From positions 10,912,001 through 10,976,000 of the forward strand of contig CM106585.1 in NCBI GenBank assembly GCA_048013815.1: a stretch of 64,000 bases of DNA, read 5' to 3'. Source of the stretch: Setoptus koraiensis. Taxonomy: Eukaryota > Animalia > Arthropoda. Every line of letters starts with the position of its first letter. Position 1 is the stretch's first letter. Below are positions 47,201 to 60,600 of the stretch, one piece after another. Below the pieces are notes generated by a model. That model was not told where the DNA came from, did no database searches, and worked only from the letters and a program-made list of their open reading frames with translations. The position numbers and the translations under genes were made by a program.

Positions 47201-49187
47201 CTGTTTGTTGTGGTCATTAGCAACTAATGATTGGCGGGCCACAACCACCAATATCGGCCAGTTGTCGGCCGGACAGCGTGAGAATGCTCAATGATGTGTG
47301 CCATTGGCAGTAATGATCACCCGCTGCTCATTGTTGTTATTGCATGTATTATCATTATTATCGCATGTATTATTATTATTATCTTGTTTTGAGCAATTGG
47401 CTGCCCATTTGAATACTGACAAGTTTCTCTAACAACAAAATTGAGCTCATTAATGGCGACTTGCGACGGCGCGTGTTGCCTCAGAGTCGAGTCCTCGTCT
47501 GAGGTCGACATTCCTCGTCGCTCGCATGCCGCTCTCACGAGATTTCTTCTCGAAGGATTCTTGCACAAGTTGTGAGTTGTTGCGTTGTCTCACCATTTGT
47601 CAGTTACAACTTACAACTTGTAACTCATAACTTATAAGTTGACAGACTCAGATGCGCGCCTATATGACAATCAGCTGAGCGCCATTATGTCACCTGTCAG
47701 TGTGTATTGTCGGTTTTGTGGTTGAGATTGGTCAAATGTCAATTGTCAATTGCGAGCTGTCAAATGCTCAGCGTTGCCGAATGCTCAGCGTTGTCAAGTG
47801 TTCGGCGTTGTCAAGTGTTCGGCGTGGTCCAATGTTGAGAATTGTCAAATGCGGTGCCGGTGCACGACCAACAAAACAATTTGCATATGTGACTACGTAT
47901 CAGCTGTTGTGGGCAGACTCGCCAACTGACAGAGATTGGCATGCAAACAATGGTGAGAGGCACGAGAGAAACAATGTCACTCTCATTGTCACAGTGGTCT
48001 GACATGTCCAGTGGTCCAGTGTGCGGCCAGCGCCGGCGAGTAATTATTGCAAACAGACACATGACTGATTATGATAATTTAATCCAATTTATTTGACTGT
48101 TGTGGCGCGGCCGGCGCATCTTTTTGGGCCGCCAGCCAGCGACTAACTGTCTCATGTGTGACCAACTGTTATGTAACTGTCACATGAATGAGCGTATGCA
48201 TATATTATGTGTATTATTTGTGTTATTAGCTGCCCAGCAAATGCACAAGATGCACAAAATGCACAAAATGCACAAGATGCCGCAAGCGCGCAAAGTGCAA
48301 AAGTGCACCGGTACAGAAAATGGAGAAAATGGCCAGAATGGAGAAAATGGCGAGACTGCAGAAAATGGCGAGACTGCAGAAAATGGCGAGACTGCGGAAA
48401 TATGCAAAGTGTTTGCGGAGCGTCTCATCAGCGGCAATCAAGGGCCAATTTGTTTTTGTCAAGCTGCTCGGCGGCGTACGAGCGAGGCCGAAAATTGAAT
48501 CTGTCGAGAGTCTTACGTTTCGCGTTATTACAAATATGCTAATACAAAACATGACCGAATAACAAATGCAAACAACAATTGCGATGCCCATTATCATTGG
48601 CGCTCGCTGGCCAGTCGGCGTCGGTCGTTGGCGTCGTTGCCGTTGTTGCCGTTGCTGCCGTTGTTGGCGTCGTTGCTGTTGCTGCTGTTGCGACGGCATG
48701 CCCGAAAAGTGGCACTTGTCGCTGCAAAGTGGCATCGCCAATTGCCCATTTGGCGCACATAATACGCTGCTCACCGTGGACACACAACATCGCTGGCTCG
48801 CTTGCCGGCCGCTGGCGAGACAATGCGGCCAACGGGCCGCACTGGGTCAGTTGGCCGTGCGTACGTAACAGCAACCAGCAACCAGCAAGAGCCGAGTAAG
48901 AGTTGCGCAAGAGTTACGTGAGAGTTACGTAAGAGAGACGCCTGTTTCGAATAATTGAACAGCGGGCCTATTGTTGGACGAGCCGCGAATAGGCTCGCTT
49001 GGCACGCTCGCTGGGCAAAATTAGCGGCAAAATGTTGAGCAGCAAAATTAGATCAATCAATGTAATGATTATGCGCATGATGGATGGTAAATTGGAAAAT
49101 CATTAGCACGGCACAAGTGGCCGGCCGGCCAGCCAGACAGTCGGCGCGCAAGCGACAGTAGGAGCCAATTGCCGGCCGGCCGGCCGA

Positions 49188-49218
<31 letters not shown>

Positions 49219-52200
49219 TTAAAATTCAAAATTAGATTACTCTCAAAATTGGATCACATTTGGATCTGGAGATGTGAGCAGTGTGCAAACAAGCGAGCTA
49301 TTTATAAATTTATAGCCGCTCGGTGCTTCAATTGACCAGCGAAAATAATTTAGTTTTGCGGCGCTCGTTGTTGTCGTTGTTGTTGTCGCTGATGTTGTTG
49401 TTGTTGTTGTTGCTGTCGCTGTTGTTGTTGTTGTTGTTGCTGTCGTTGTTGTTGTTGCTGCTGTCGGGCCTGCTTGGGCTGGCTGCAGCAGCGGCACAAA
49501 GCGGCCAGTGTGTTATGTAATATCTCACAATGGTGACAATGAACGGCCAAGATGCTCGCAATCGTGACTTGTCAAACAATCGCCAGCGCCACTCGGCGCA
49601 ATCTCCCCGCCAAACAAGCCGCTCCAAACAAGCGCTATCTCAATCTCGATAGCGAACTAGGCTGATCGTGATTTATTGTCGCCTTAACACTAATCTCATG
49701 CCACTTTCGAGCTCGGGCAGGCGCTCAAAACTGCGCCGCTCATTGGACCAACAAACAGTGTGCGGCGGCGGACAGTTTGGCGCACCGAGACTGTCGGTCC
49801 GAGAGGCCATTGAACGGAGCGACTTGTTATTTCGGGCACTCGTTTCGGGCCGGCGAGCGAGCCCGAATAGCCCGAGCAGCCCGAAAATAACAAGGGAAAA
49901 CAATTAGCCAGCTGGCTCGGATATTAATATATAAATGCGAAAATATATTAATATTTAATCTAGACAGATGGCAATCACCCGAGGCGATCGCCGACAGTCG
50001 GCGCTCGTAGGTGAGCGATGGCCCAAACAACAGCGAGTGCCATCGCAAATGAATGATATGCAAATGGCGCGCAGGCGACGAGGAAGCGCAATTAGCATTT
50101 AGACGTCGGCTCGACTCTCAAATTGAGACTCTCAACGGCCACTCTCAATGGCTAGCCGATGATCCCGTGCGGCGATATAATGCCGGCGAGGCCGTATTCA
50201 AATGTCGTGTGCAGTCGATAGCGACAGCCGAAAAGATGAAAACTCTCGTTAGAAAACTCTCGTCAGAAAACTCTTGTTAAAAAGCTTGTGTGAGTGCAAA
50301 CACTGCGATCGTGTGTCGGATTATAATGCGGATCAGAGCGGCGAGAGCGACGAAGAAGCGCCTCGGGCCACTGACAGATTGCGGGGCTTTTAACACTTTC
50401 GGCGATAAACAATGGCTGGCCAGCTCGTTGGCGAGCCATTGACAATCATTCACGCCGACTCGTTTTGGCTGCGTTCGTTCTGGCCGCGTTCGTTCTGGCT
50501 GCGTTCGTTTGGGCGGCCAACGGCGGCCAGCTGACGAGCGGGCCCGCTAGTTGTCAGTCGGCAGAGCTTGCCGAATGACATTTGCAAACTTTGCACTGAC
50601 AACTTGCAAATGGCCGCTCGGCTCACGAACACGATTAATTGACAATTAATTCACCAAACAATAACTCGTAACAATGATTGCTCTTGGTAATTGCTCATTC
50701 GGTCTAACTGTGTCGCTTGCTCACTCACTCACATTACATTACTCACATATGGACACCGCCGACTCACTGAACTCATTGAACAGATTTCGACGACCAAAAT
50801 CCGCGCTTCCTGGACGACAAATACACCATTGTCATGGACTCGCTGCAAGAGAATCTGGTGGGCCAGGCGCTGCAAGTGCTGCCCAGAAATTTGCACGCCG
50901 AGGACGGCGACAGGGGCATCAGGGCGCCAATAGTGTATTCGTTCAACGAGGCCACCAATCAGGACAACGAAGCGCTCAATTATTTGCATTTGAATGGCGC
51001 CAGTGGCGAAATTCGCCTCATTCGCGAGTGGCCCCAATGGATGGCCCCTGTGACATTGGTTGTGCGCGCCACCCAATTAGACAACAAGGACAGGTACACG
51101 CTGACCACGCTGACAATAACGCGAAATCGGCCCCATTCTTCGCATTCTTGGGCGCATCAGCGCAACGCTTCGGCGTCGGCTGGCGGCAGCAGCTCGAGCA
51201 AGGCCAGCGGTCGACAGCAACAACACTCGACAACAATGTCGTCAGAGCAAGATGGCGACCATTTCGGAATTGAGTTTGCGCAAGCCAACTACTCGTGCGT
51301 CGTGCCAGAGAGCACTCAAATTGGCGACAAGGTTCTCAAGGTGAGCGCGCAAAGCAAGCAACTCAAACACAACAGCAGCAACAACAGCAACAACAACAAC
51401 AACAACAACAACAACATTGTGCGAGGCCACAACAAGACCAGAGACGGTGGCGCCGCTAATTTGGACGACAACGTCGATCTAATTGTTGGCTCATCAGCTG
51501 ACAGTAACAGCAGTAGCAGCAACAACAACAACAACAGGCAATCTCAGCAAGTTTTGTATCAGCTGCTCGACGTGGAATTGGAGCAATTTGGCATCAACGG
51601 ATTGGGCGACATTTATTTGAAACGGGAGCTCGATTACGAGCACAAGCAAGCGCACGAGTTCAGAGTGCTGGCCACTCAGGCCAAATACTCTGACATTGTG
51701 CATGTGCGCGTGCACGTACTCAACGTCAACGACAACGCGCCCAGGGTAAGTCACACATTACGTAATACACACTGCACATTACATAACGTTACATAACGTT
51801 ACATAATACACACACACACACACATTACGTCAGGCAAACACATTACGTCATTACATAGCGCGCACATTGATTACAGCAGAGCAGTGCCGTACCGCTCGTT
51901 GGCGATACACAGCGTCCGCCAATCATTGGCGGCCAATGAGCGCCGCCGCCGTTACAGGTGAATGTGAATGCGCGGACAATGAGATTATGATTATGACGCC
52001 GTGTGTTTTTGTTGCATTATTTGTGTGTGTCTTCCCGTTCGGCTGTCATTTGTGGCTGTCACTTGCGGCTGTCACTTGCGGCTGTCACTTGCGGCTGTCA
52101 CTTGTGGCTGTGCGCTGTTGTCCGCTGCGGACAATTAACACTTGTTGCTCTCGCGCGTTAATCGGCCAGATAATCGTCAGCCGGCGACTTGCCGAGACAG

Positions 52201-55200
52201 CGACGCACTGACACAGCCAGCCGGTGATTGGCCATTTGGCGAGCCAGCGACCCATTGAGCCGGCGAGCTTGTCGATACACTTGCCGTTGTTTTACGCTTA
52301 ACAACACACACACACACACAACAAATGAATAAGAATCGTCCGCAAGAACAATGCGATGATTGACCATTGAACAAGCGCTGATCATCGTGATTAGTCACAG
52401 TGAGCTCAAGTGTAACACTTTCGCTCGCTCGCAACAACAGCGACAACAACAGCGACAATGACGACAACGGCAACGACGATACCAATTGTTGCGCGCCGAG
52501 CTGCCCTGGTGTGAACATAATGAAAAGTGAGCTCGCCTTTCATTATGTCAGACGATTGCTGGCCGATCGTTGACCCGTAATGAGTTAATTACAACCACTT
52601 CATCATTCTCGCCTTGGCCGGCCAGCGCTCGGCCTTGTGTCGGCTGTATATCGCATCGCTCGGCCGATTTATATCAGAGATCTGGGCTGGCTGCAGCGAG
52701 CTCACGCCAACGATGGCCACCGATCGCCGACATGCGAGCCGACACACACGAGACATAGAGACATAGAAGCCGAGCTGGCGAGACACACCAGTGAGACATG
52801 CGAGCGAGATGAGTAATGGTTGATTTGAGCCGATTTGAGCCGTCTTCGGCGATGATCGGCCGTTTGTGAGGCCAGCACGATCACTCACATCATCGCCAGA
52901 TTGAGAGCCCACAATTGCCAGTCTGGCGAGCTCGCTTTCGATTGGATTCGCGCTCGCCAGCTGATTGATGGATCGCCGGTAGCCGGTTGGCCGGCGCTAA
53001 CGAGGCCGCCAACAGTTGACAAAACCCATCTCACACTATGATTTAGCACACTATGCTCACAGCATAGATGGCTGGCTCCATCGCTGCTGACTGACACATA
53101 TCTGACACATATCATCTGACACACATCTGACGCACAGCTGACGCTTGCATTAAACGCACAGCTGACGCTTGCTTCAAACGCACAGCTGATTCACATCTGA
53201 TCCACATCGCCGACAGCTGATTATATGATCACTCTGATAATCACACTCTGATTGTATGAGTCTGATTATGATGCAATGCTTATTCATCTGCAGCAGCGGC
53301 AGCAGATGATCTGCTTACATGTTTATGTGTGTGTATTCGTCTGACTCACACACCCGAGCGAGCAGCATCGGCAGCGAGATAAGATAATCCGAGATGGAAA
53401 CAGGTGAATCCGGACAGTTGATACACGCAGCCACCAGTTGCAAACAGTGGCAAGACACAAAAAGCCAGAGTCACGCTGAGATGCACGCTCTCTGCGGCGA
53501 GCTCTCCATTATCTCTAGCAGTTATTGGCGACGACACCGATGGATGGACGCTGTGACTCGCTGGCCAGACGCCGGCAACAATAATGCAACGGCCGGCGCA
53601 ATAATGCAGCGGCCGGCACAATAATGCAACAACCGACGCAATAACAACAACCACAACAACAGTATTAGTAATAATAATAATGATTGTGTGAAGCCAGCTG
53701 ACCATTGTTGTGTGCGCCCCAGTGCGCGTCACTCACCTGATGACGCTCACCTGGCCACGCTCACCTGGCCACGCTCACCCGGTGAGAACAATTCCCACGG
53801 CAAACCCTGGCCAGCGGCTAATTAGCCGCCTAATTAAGCGCTGGCCACTAATTAGCGGCGGGCTTAATAAAATGTCACTTCCTAGGCCACACACACACTC
53901 GTTTCGCTGACTCTTCATTAGTGTGTGTGTGTGTTGTTTACATCATTGGGCTCACGATGCACGACGATGTATGACGCAATAACGACATGCAGTATATATA
54001 GCAACATGTAGTAATGAGCGGCTTGATATTGATTGATATTGTTTTGTCGTCCCGTCCTCTCTCCCACCCGCGACCCTGCCCGCCAACGATACGCGACTGC
54101 CCGCCAACGATACGCGACTATCCGCAACTCGCCGCCTTTAATTGTGGCGCAATCGATGACGCAATCTATGGCGCAATCTATGACGCAATCGATGGACCGC
54201 ATCAGTTCTCGCAACACCAATACAAGTTTCATGTGACAGAGGCCAGACTTAGGATCAGCACAATTATTGGCCAAGTCATAGTTCAGGATGGCGATCTGGA
54301 TGACAAAATTCAATTGAAACTCATACAACAACCGCAACAACAACAGCAACAGCAACCAGACGCCAGGTACCGTCAGGTAAGCACAGCCAATCAGCAGCAA
54401 ACGGCAAACAACAACAACAACAACAGCTGTCACAAGATGTTCAACATGGACGAACAGGGCCACTTGAGTGTGCAGCGACACCTGAAGCAGCTGATGAATG
54501 TCACTATCTGTCACTTTTTGTGTCAGGCAAAAGATTCGCTTACGCCCACGCGCACAACAACTGTGCCAATCACTGTGCATATACCGGCACAATTAATTGG
54601 TAGAGCGATCAATTTTGATCATTTACGCACGGACACAGAATTGCATGAGTCCATTGCGCAATCGACGCGCACTAGCAAGCAACAGCAGCTCAGGCCAAGA
54701 TCGGGCACCATGGATGACGGGCACCAATCGCCCCAATTGGCCAATGGCTCGCTGTCGAGGCCGACCGCCACCACAACGGCGGCCAGCCAGACCCGCTCCA
54801 GTTTGGGCACTATGATGACCAGCTTGCAGCATCTGGTCAAGAATGTCTTGTTTGACACTAGTCACACGTCGCCAACGACCTCGGCCATCATTTTGTCGAT
54901 AATACTGGCCTTTTTGCTGGGCCTGTTGTTCATATTGATAATATCGATGAGCGTGCACATGTACCGACGCAACAAGTCAAATCTGGCCTCGGCGCACCAT
55001 CCGCACAACCAAGCGGGCGCCGGTCAGGGCGCCAACAGCGGCGGCGGGGGCGGCCACCGTCAGCTGGGCGCTGTGAAAAGCGCCAAGGGCGCCCCCTTGC
55101 ACAGGTATCCGTCAATGAGCACGTCGACCACAACAACAACAGCCGCCGCACGTGATCACGACCGGAAGCAGCACAAGCGAGCCTCGCTGAGCACCAACAA

Positions 55201-56077
55201 CAACGGCAACAACGGCAACAACAACAACGGCAACAACGGCAGATCGCCCGCTTCAGCGCAGCACCACCGGTATCGAGTTGCGCTGACGGGCAAGCCGCAC
55301 GACAGACTGGTGACGATCAACGACAACCTAAACGGCGGTTTGAGCGGTTTGAATAATGTGCGCGGGGGCGCCCTGTCGCCCACTGCTGTGCACTGTGCCA
55401 ACCGCTCGTTGAGCAACGTCAATCAGCTGTCACAAACGGCCAGCAGCAACAGCAGCTGTAGCAGCGTCATATCAGCGGGCAGTCAGCACGATCATGAGCA
55501 GCCGCTCAAGGCCCCGTCAAGCCGTTTCAGTGGCGACAAAAACAACAAATTGAAACAGCAACAGCAGCGCCTGTGCCAATTGTCACCTGTTGCGCCCGTC
55601 GCCAACGGCGCGCCGAGTAACGGCGACCTGGTGTTAAATGATAATAATAAAGTTGCGCAACTCGATAATTGCCTCACTAACGTTGGCGGCGCCGCAATGC
55701 TGTCAGCCGGCAACAACAGCAACAACAACAGCAACAACAACAGCAACAACAACAGCAACAACAACAGCAACAACAACAACAACACCGACAAACAACGTCC
55801 GTCTCTCATGGCACAAGCGGCCTATGTGCAGCACCCCATTTATCGAGAATTGGAACTGCGAGCGGCCAACAAACTCAATTACGTCCAGCAGCAGCGCCAC
55901 CAACCGGCGACGAGCAAGCAACAGCAAGACGACAACAACAACACAGGCAGAGGGTCGCGTTGCGCAACAACCAATCAAGAGTCGACGCCAGCGCCGGCCA
56001 ACGGTAACCAGAGAGCGTGCACAGTGGTTCAGTGCAACTCGAGCGGCACAGCCGACAATCAGTCCACTAATTACAGC

Positions 56078-56114
<37 letters not shown>

Positions 56115-58309
56115 GCGTCCTGATTGGCCCAGCGATGACAGCGACAGCCGCAACACCGACAACACCCGCAACACTGACCACGGCGACACCAAGCGGAAAG
56201 GCCTGCCATGAACAGTACAATGTCGATCTGACCAGTGTGGTCAGCAACAACAAGTGCATGTCGCCCTTGCCCGTTGACTCGTCGCTAGGCTCGTCCGTTT
56301 GTGGCCATTCCTCTATGACCATGCTCACTAACGGTCTTGCCAACAGACTGGCGGCGAGCTCGCCGGATGACAATTCGTCTGACACAAACGCCGGCCATTA
56401 CAGTATAAACAATACACTGTCGTTGGCAGCGAGTAGAAAGATGAAAAAATTAAACAATGTGCTCAACAGGGTAACACAGGCGACAACAACAACAGGCGAT
56501 CAACAATTGATAGAGGAGCAACAGAGACAGATAAAGCAACGCTTGAAACAACAAAAGAGACTTATTAGTGATGATGTGGCCACTTCATTTGGCAGTGGTC
56601 AGCACGACGACTATTATTACAGTGATAGCGATGACAATTGTGACGACCATGACGACGATGACCACCATCAAGATGGTGGCGCTGGCTACGCAATTGACAA
56701 TGTCGACAACGGCGACAATTGCGCTGACGCCATTAGTAGTGATAACGGTGACAGCGGCAGGGCCAACAAAAATAGTAATAATAATAAGCGCATAAATAGC
56801 GCAAATAATGGCTGCGACGGTGATCGATCTAAGCACAATTACAACAACCGGCCGAAGAGGGCGTCCGCTCTGCCGGGCATCAAGTCGTATAGACAATTGC
56901 CCGCTATGGCCTCGCTCATTCGGCCCTTCAAGCCGCCCCAAGACAACCGCTCAACTCGAGAGCAGCAACAACAACCGACAACAACATTTATGGGTGTTCG
57001 CAGCAACAAGGTGGCGCCAGCACCCATCAATTCGGCGGTGTCGACAAATTTGGCCAATTTGGCCAATCTGACCAACAACAACAGCAACAATACAGGTAGC
57101 AAGTGCGAGCTGGACAGCGCCATAGCCAGCGATGCCTCGTCCTCGTCGGCCAACAACAGCAACAGTGCGAGCAACAACCATTCAATGATGGATAGCAAGC
57201 AACAGCAAGAGGTTGCCAACAACGTGGGCGCCACCATCAGTTTGATGGCGCTCATCAAGCAGCAGCGCCACGGTGCGGCCGGCTCGGCCGGCTCGTCGGT
57301 GTCTTCGTCCACCACGGCCGGCTCGTCCGGTCAGCCCAGTCCAAGACAACAGCAACAGCAGCAACAGCAACTAGCCGCCAACGGCGTGACCACTGCGCCG
57401 GCCAACAACGGTAATTTGGCCGCCTTTTCAGTGCCATCCAGAGTGAGTGTGGTCAAGTGGCCACAGGGATCTATACCGCGTCGCGTTAAAAAACTCACCT
57501 GGGACGACGAGCCCAGTTTGGACAACAACAGCGGCCAACAACAACAGCAACAGCATGCGCCCAGCTATTCGACACAGTCCATCACAACAAACTTGTTTAG
57601 CCACGACAGTAACAGCCATCAAGAGCAACAGCACAACCACCGGTGCAACAACAACAACAACGGCGGCAACAACAACGGCGGCAACAACAACGGCGGCAAC
57701 AACAACGGCAGCAGGTTCAAACTGCAACAAAATAGTCAACTGGGTCTTGACCACTACGCGGTGCCGCAATCGTTGCTGTACAGCACGGCACACTTGACCG
57801 ACGCCAACAATTATACATGTAATAATAATAGTGAGCTGCCCACGCACCACTACCAACTGGATGATAACATCGACAGCCAATCTAATTATAACAACAATGT
57901 ATCGCCGTCACAATCGCAATTCGATGCCACTGCCCTACAGCAACACTACAGACCAATTCTCGATCCTAATTGTTCATTAACGCCCCTAGATTTGACCAAT
58001 TGTTTAGCGGTGCCAGCGCCGCCTCCGATGATGTCTCAGGTGCCCTTGTATTACAACAACAGCAACAGCAACAACAACAGCAACAAACAACAACGGACAG
58101 ATCATCGTCAAACGCCAATTAATAATGATCTCATTTCATCATCAAACAACAGCCACGAATTCAGTTGTAATTCACAAAAGCAGACGAGAAAAACATCGCA
58201 ACAGCAGCAGCAGCATCAGTTATTTTACGCGAATAACAGCAACAACAACCAAACAACAACCAATGGTCAAAACAACAAACTCTTGCCAGATGTCACTGTA
58301 TACTTTTAA
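38446..58309 (+). CDS. Cad96Cb: Cad96Cb-like single-pass cadherin (~5 EC repeats, TM, long tail), ~2,599 aa; exons 38446-38739, 43702-46141, 50784-51745, 54206-58309
   Basis: Signal peptide; CYLSNGGSS..EATAIGSIIG, LDKEG, DANDHAPVF, GPFSTLDY, NPLEP, LDYE, QDQG, D|FDDQNPRF, GIRAPIVY, ATQLDNKDRYTLTT, NDNAPR|F. TM AIILSIILAFLLGLLFILII; C-terminus TVYF. Splice phases 0/1/0 are consistent. Orthology is from recalled motif similarity. Confidence 0.8.
41823..41891. repeat. 14-bp tandem repeat, ~5 units (cadherin intron 1)
   Basis: Unit CGCGTTGATTCGGT. Confidence 0.9.
46190..46412. repeat. Adjacent tandem arrays just after the cadherin exon-2 donor: 18-bp (GCCGGCCCGCGAGATACC) x~3 and 12-bp (ACTCTGAACCGA) x~8
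   Basis: Read directly from the sequence; these arrays account for the LNRT-repeat tail of the 1019-aa track ORF. Confidence 0.9.
46790..46905. repeat. 28-bp minisatellite with alternating units (56-bp higher-order period) and near-palindromic core TGCACCGGGTGCA
   Basis: Cores at ~46808, 46836, 46864 and 46892, separated by alternating TCGCGAACGAGTCT and CCGCGAATGAGCTG. Confidence 0.85.
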
Positions 58310-60600
58310 CATGCCTCCCCCTCTCCTCTATACAAGTCGACAATGTCTGACTGTTTGTATGTATGTATTTGTGCCATATAAACCCCTTAATACCTTAACA
58401 TATAATGATAAATATATAGTAAGGTAATCGAACCATATACTTGATTAAATTAATTAAATTTAAATTAATTAAATTTCCGATTGTGCGATAGAATCAGCGC
58501 GCAACAAACACCAAAAGCATCTAGGCAAGCCGCGCAACTGTTGCAATTGTACTGTTGCAATTGGACAGTTACACACCTGACACAGACAACTCAATCTCTG
58601 TCGCCTAGACACAAGTCTGTAATAAGTTTTCTTGTATATATAACTAATAAAAGTGACCGATAATTGTCAATACAGATGAAATTGCTCGTTGCTATCAAAT
58701 CAATTATTGTTGTGCAATCTAATTAGTCTAATTAATTGGAATATCTTTTTTTCCATTTCAATGCATAACAAAAATCATGAAAAAAAAAACATGGCGAGCT
58801 TGTGTGTATGAACACGTCAAGCTTACAACTGGGGATGTAGCGCTTGAGCATTGTCATATTTATAATAAATAATAATCAATATTTATTCATGCGCTCCAAT
58901 CTAAATACCTAATTAGTACATGTATCGTTGCAATATGAGTTTTGTTTGTCTTTAAAGGCGCACATTACGTAAAATGGCGATGACGCATTCGTTGGTCTGG
59001 CTAGTTCCAGTGGCTGGCCAACCAAACTAGTGATGTCAATCAATGGGATATGATATTGCGCATTTCAGTGGCTATGATCGTCATTAGCGAAAGATTGTGG
59101 CACGTCTTGAAATTGCCTCATTGCGACTAATTAATTATTGGACTTGGAATAATTTATTCGAGAGGGAACTAAATTAAAAAACTATCAATAATACTTGCAA
59201 TACAGAGGTTTAGTTAGCCGAGATACGCAGCCCGATTAATGCATTGACGCAACTCTCTAATACAATCTCTATGCAATGTGCGCAGGTATCAATTGTTTTG
59301 GTGCACAAGCCACAAACAAGCGGCTAACAAGCGGAAATACATGTAGCTATTAGCTATGAAGCAAACAGGTATTAGCTGGCTGGGTATTATTCAGGTATAG
59401 ATATTGCAGGTTTGATCTTTGTGACATTTGTGTAGTTATTGTGCGGTAATTCGCTTGACTTGCAGCAACAAGTTGGTTGCATCACTTATGTATTATACCA
59501 TCACCAATACAAAGCTGCTGTCAGCTGTGCCTAAATGATTGAGTATAATAATAATAATTGTCAACTAGCAACGAATCTTCATTGTCAAGGTAATGCTATC
59601 AACTGCTATCGACTGCTATGACATGGGCAAGTGGTCGTGAATAACAATTAGTGAATTAGTTATATACGCGATATGAGATCAGAAATAGGAGGCAGAAATC
59701 AGCGAGTTATGTAACTGACAAGTGAGTTATGTAGCAGATGAGAATGGAGCATACCTGTGACTAAACTGTTTTCCATTGTTGTCGTCAATAGTGTGGTCGC
59801 GTTGCTGTTGTTGTTGCTGTAGTTGTCGTATAAATCAATTATCACTAGTTTGCTTCATGATTCGATCGATGACTGAGATACCTTTACTTTTGCTATACAG
59901 TTGTCGCCCAGCACACAAAATACGGACACAAAGTCGCTCATCTCATATCATCTAATCTAATTAAATCTCAGACACACAAACAAACAAACTCATCGCCACT
60001 GCAGTCTGTAGGTAGCTGACCACTTTCTGAAACGTTTCGGCGGCTAACACATCAGGTCATTAGTATAGCCATAGTACACAGACAGTGAGAGATCGTTGAC
60101 ATTAGATTAGACTTGGATTTGTTGTATTAACCGAGTAGCAGCAACGCACGCATCTATATCTCGTAGCATCCGACAATAATAATTAATTGTATTATCCTCA
60201 CTCGATTATCACTCGATCGTCACTAGATCATCACTCGGCTATTATCACTCGAGTATTATCGCTCGAAATTATCATCTTGTGGCTGGCTGCTGCTGCTGCG
60301 GTCATTATCAGTGTCCGTCATCATCATCGCGATCGAGTTGACGCGATCGAGCCGATATATCACTGATGCCACCAGTTGTAGAACACCAGTTATAGAGAGC
60401 ACCAGTTGTATACTGATACACAGACTGTTGCAACTTGCAACAATGTTTGTGCATATATAAACAAGCGCTCGCCGGCCAATATAGACACAAAACACAATCA
60501 ACTTGCCACTAATTAACAGTGACTGATGATCAGTGATCGCGATCAATTCTAATTACCGGAAGTAGTAAATAAAACACACACAGTATATGATATTATCAGG

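Noticed and set aside
54014-54205. Start of the 1431-aa track ORF as an independent gene
   Set aside because: It is intronic repeat sequence. The cadherin repeat continues from NDNAPR (51745) into FSQHQY (54206).
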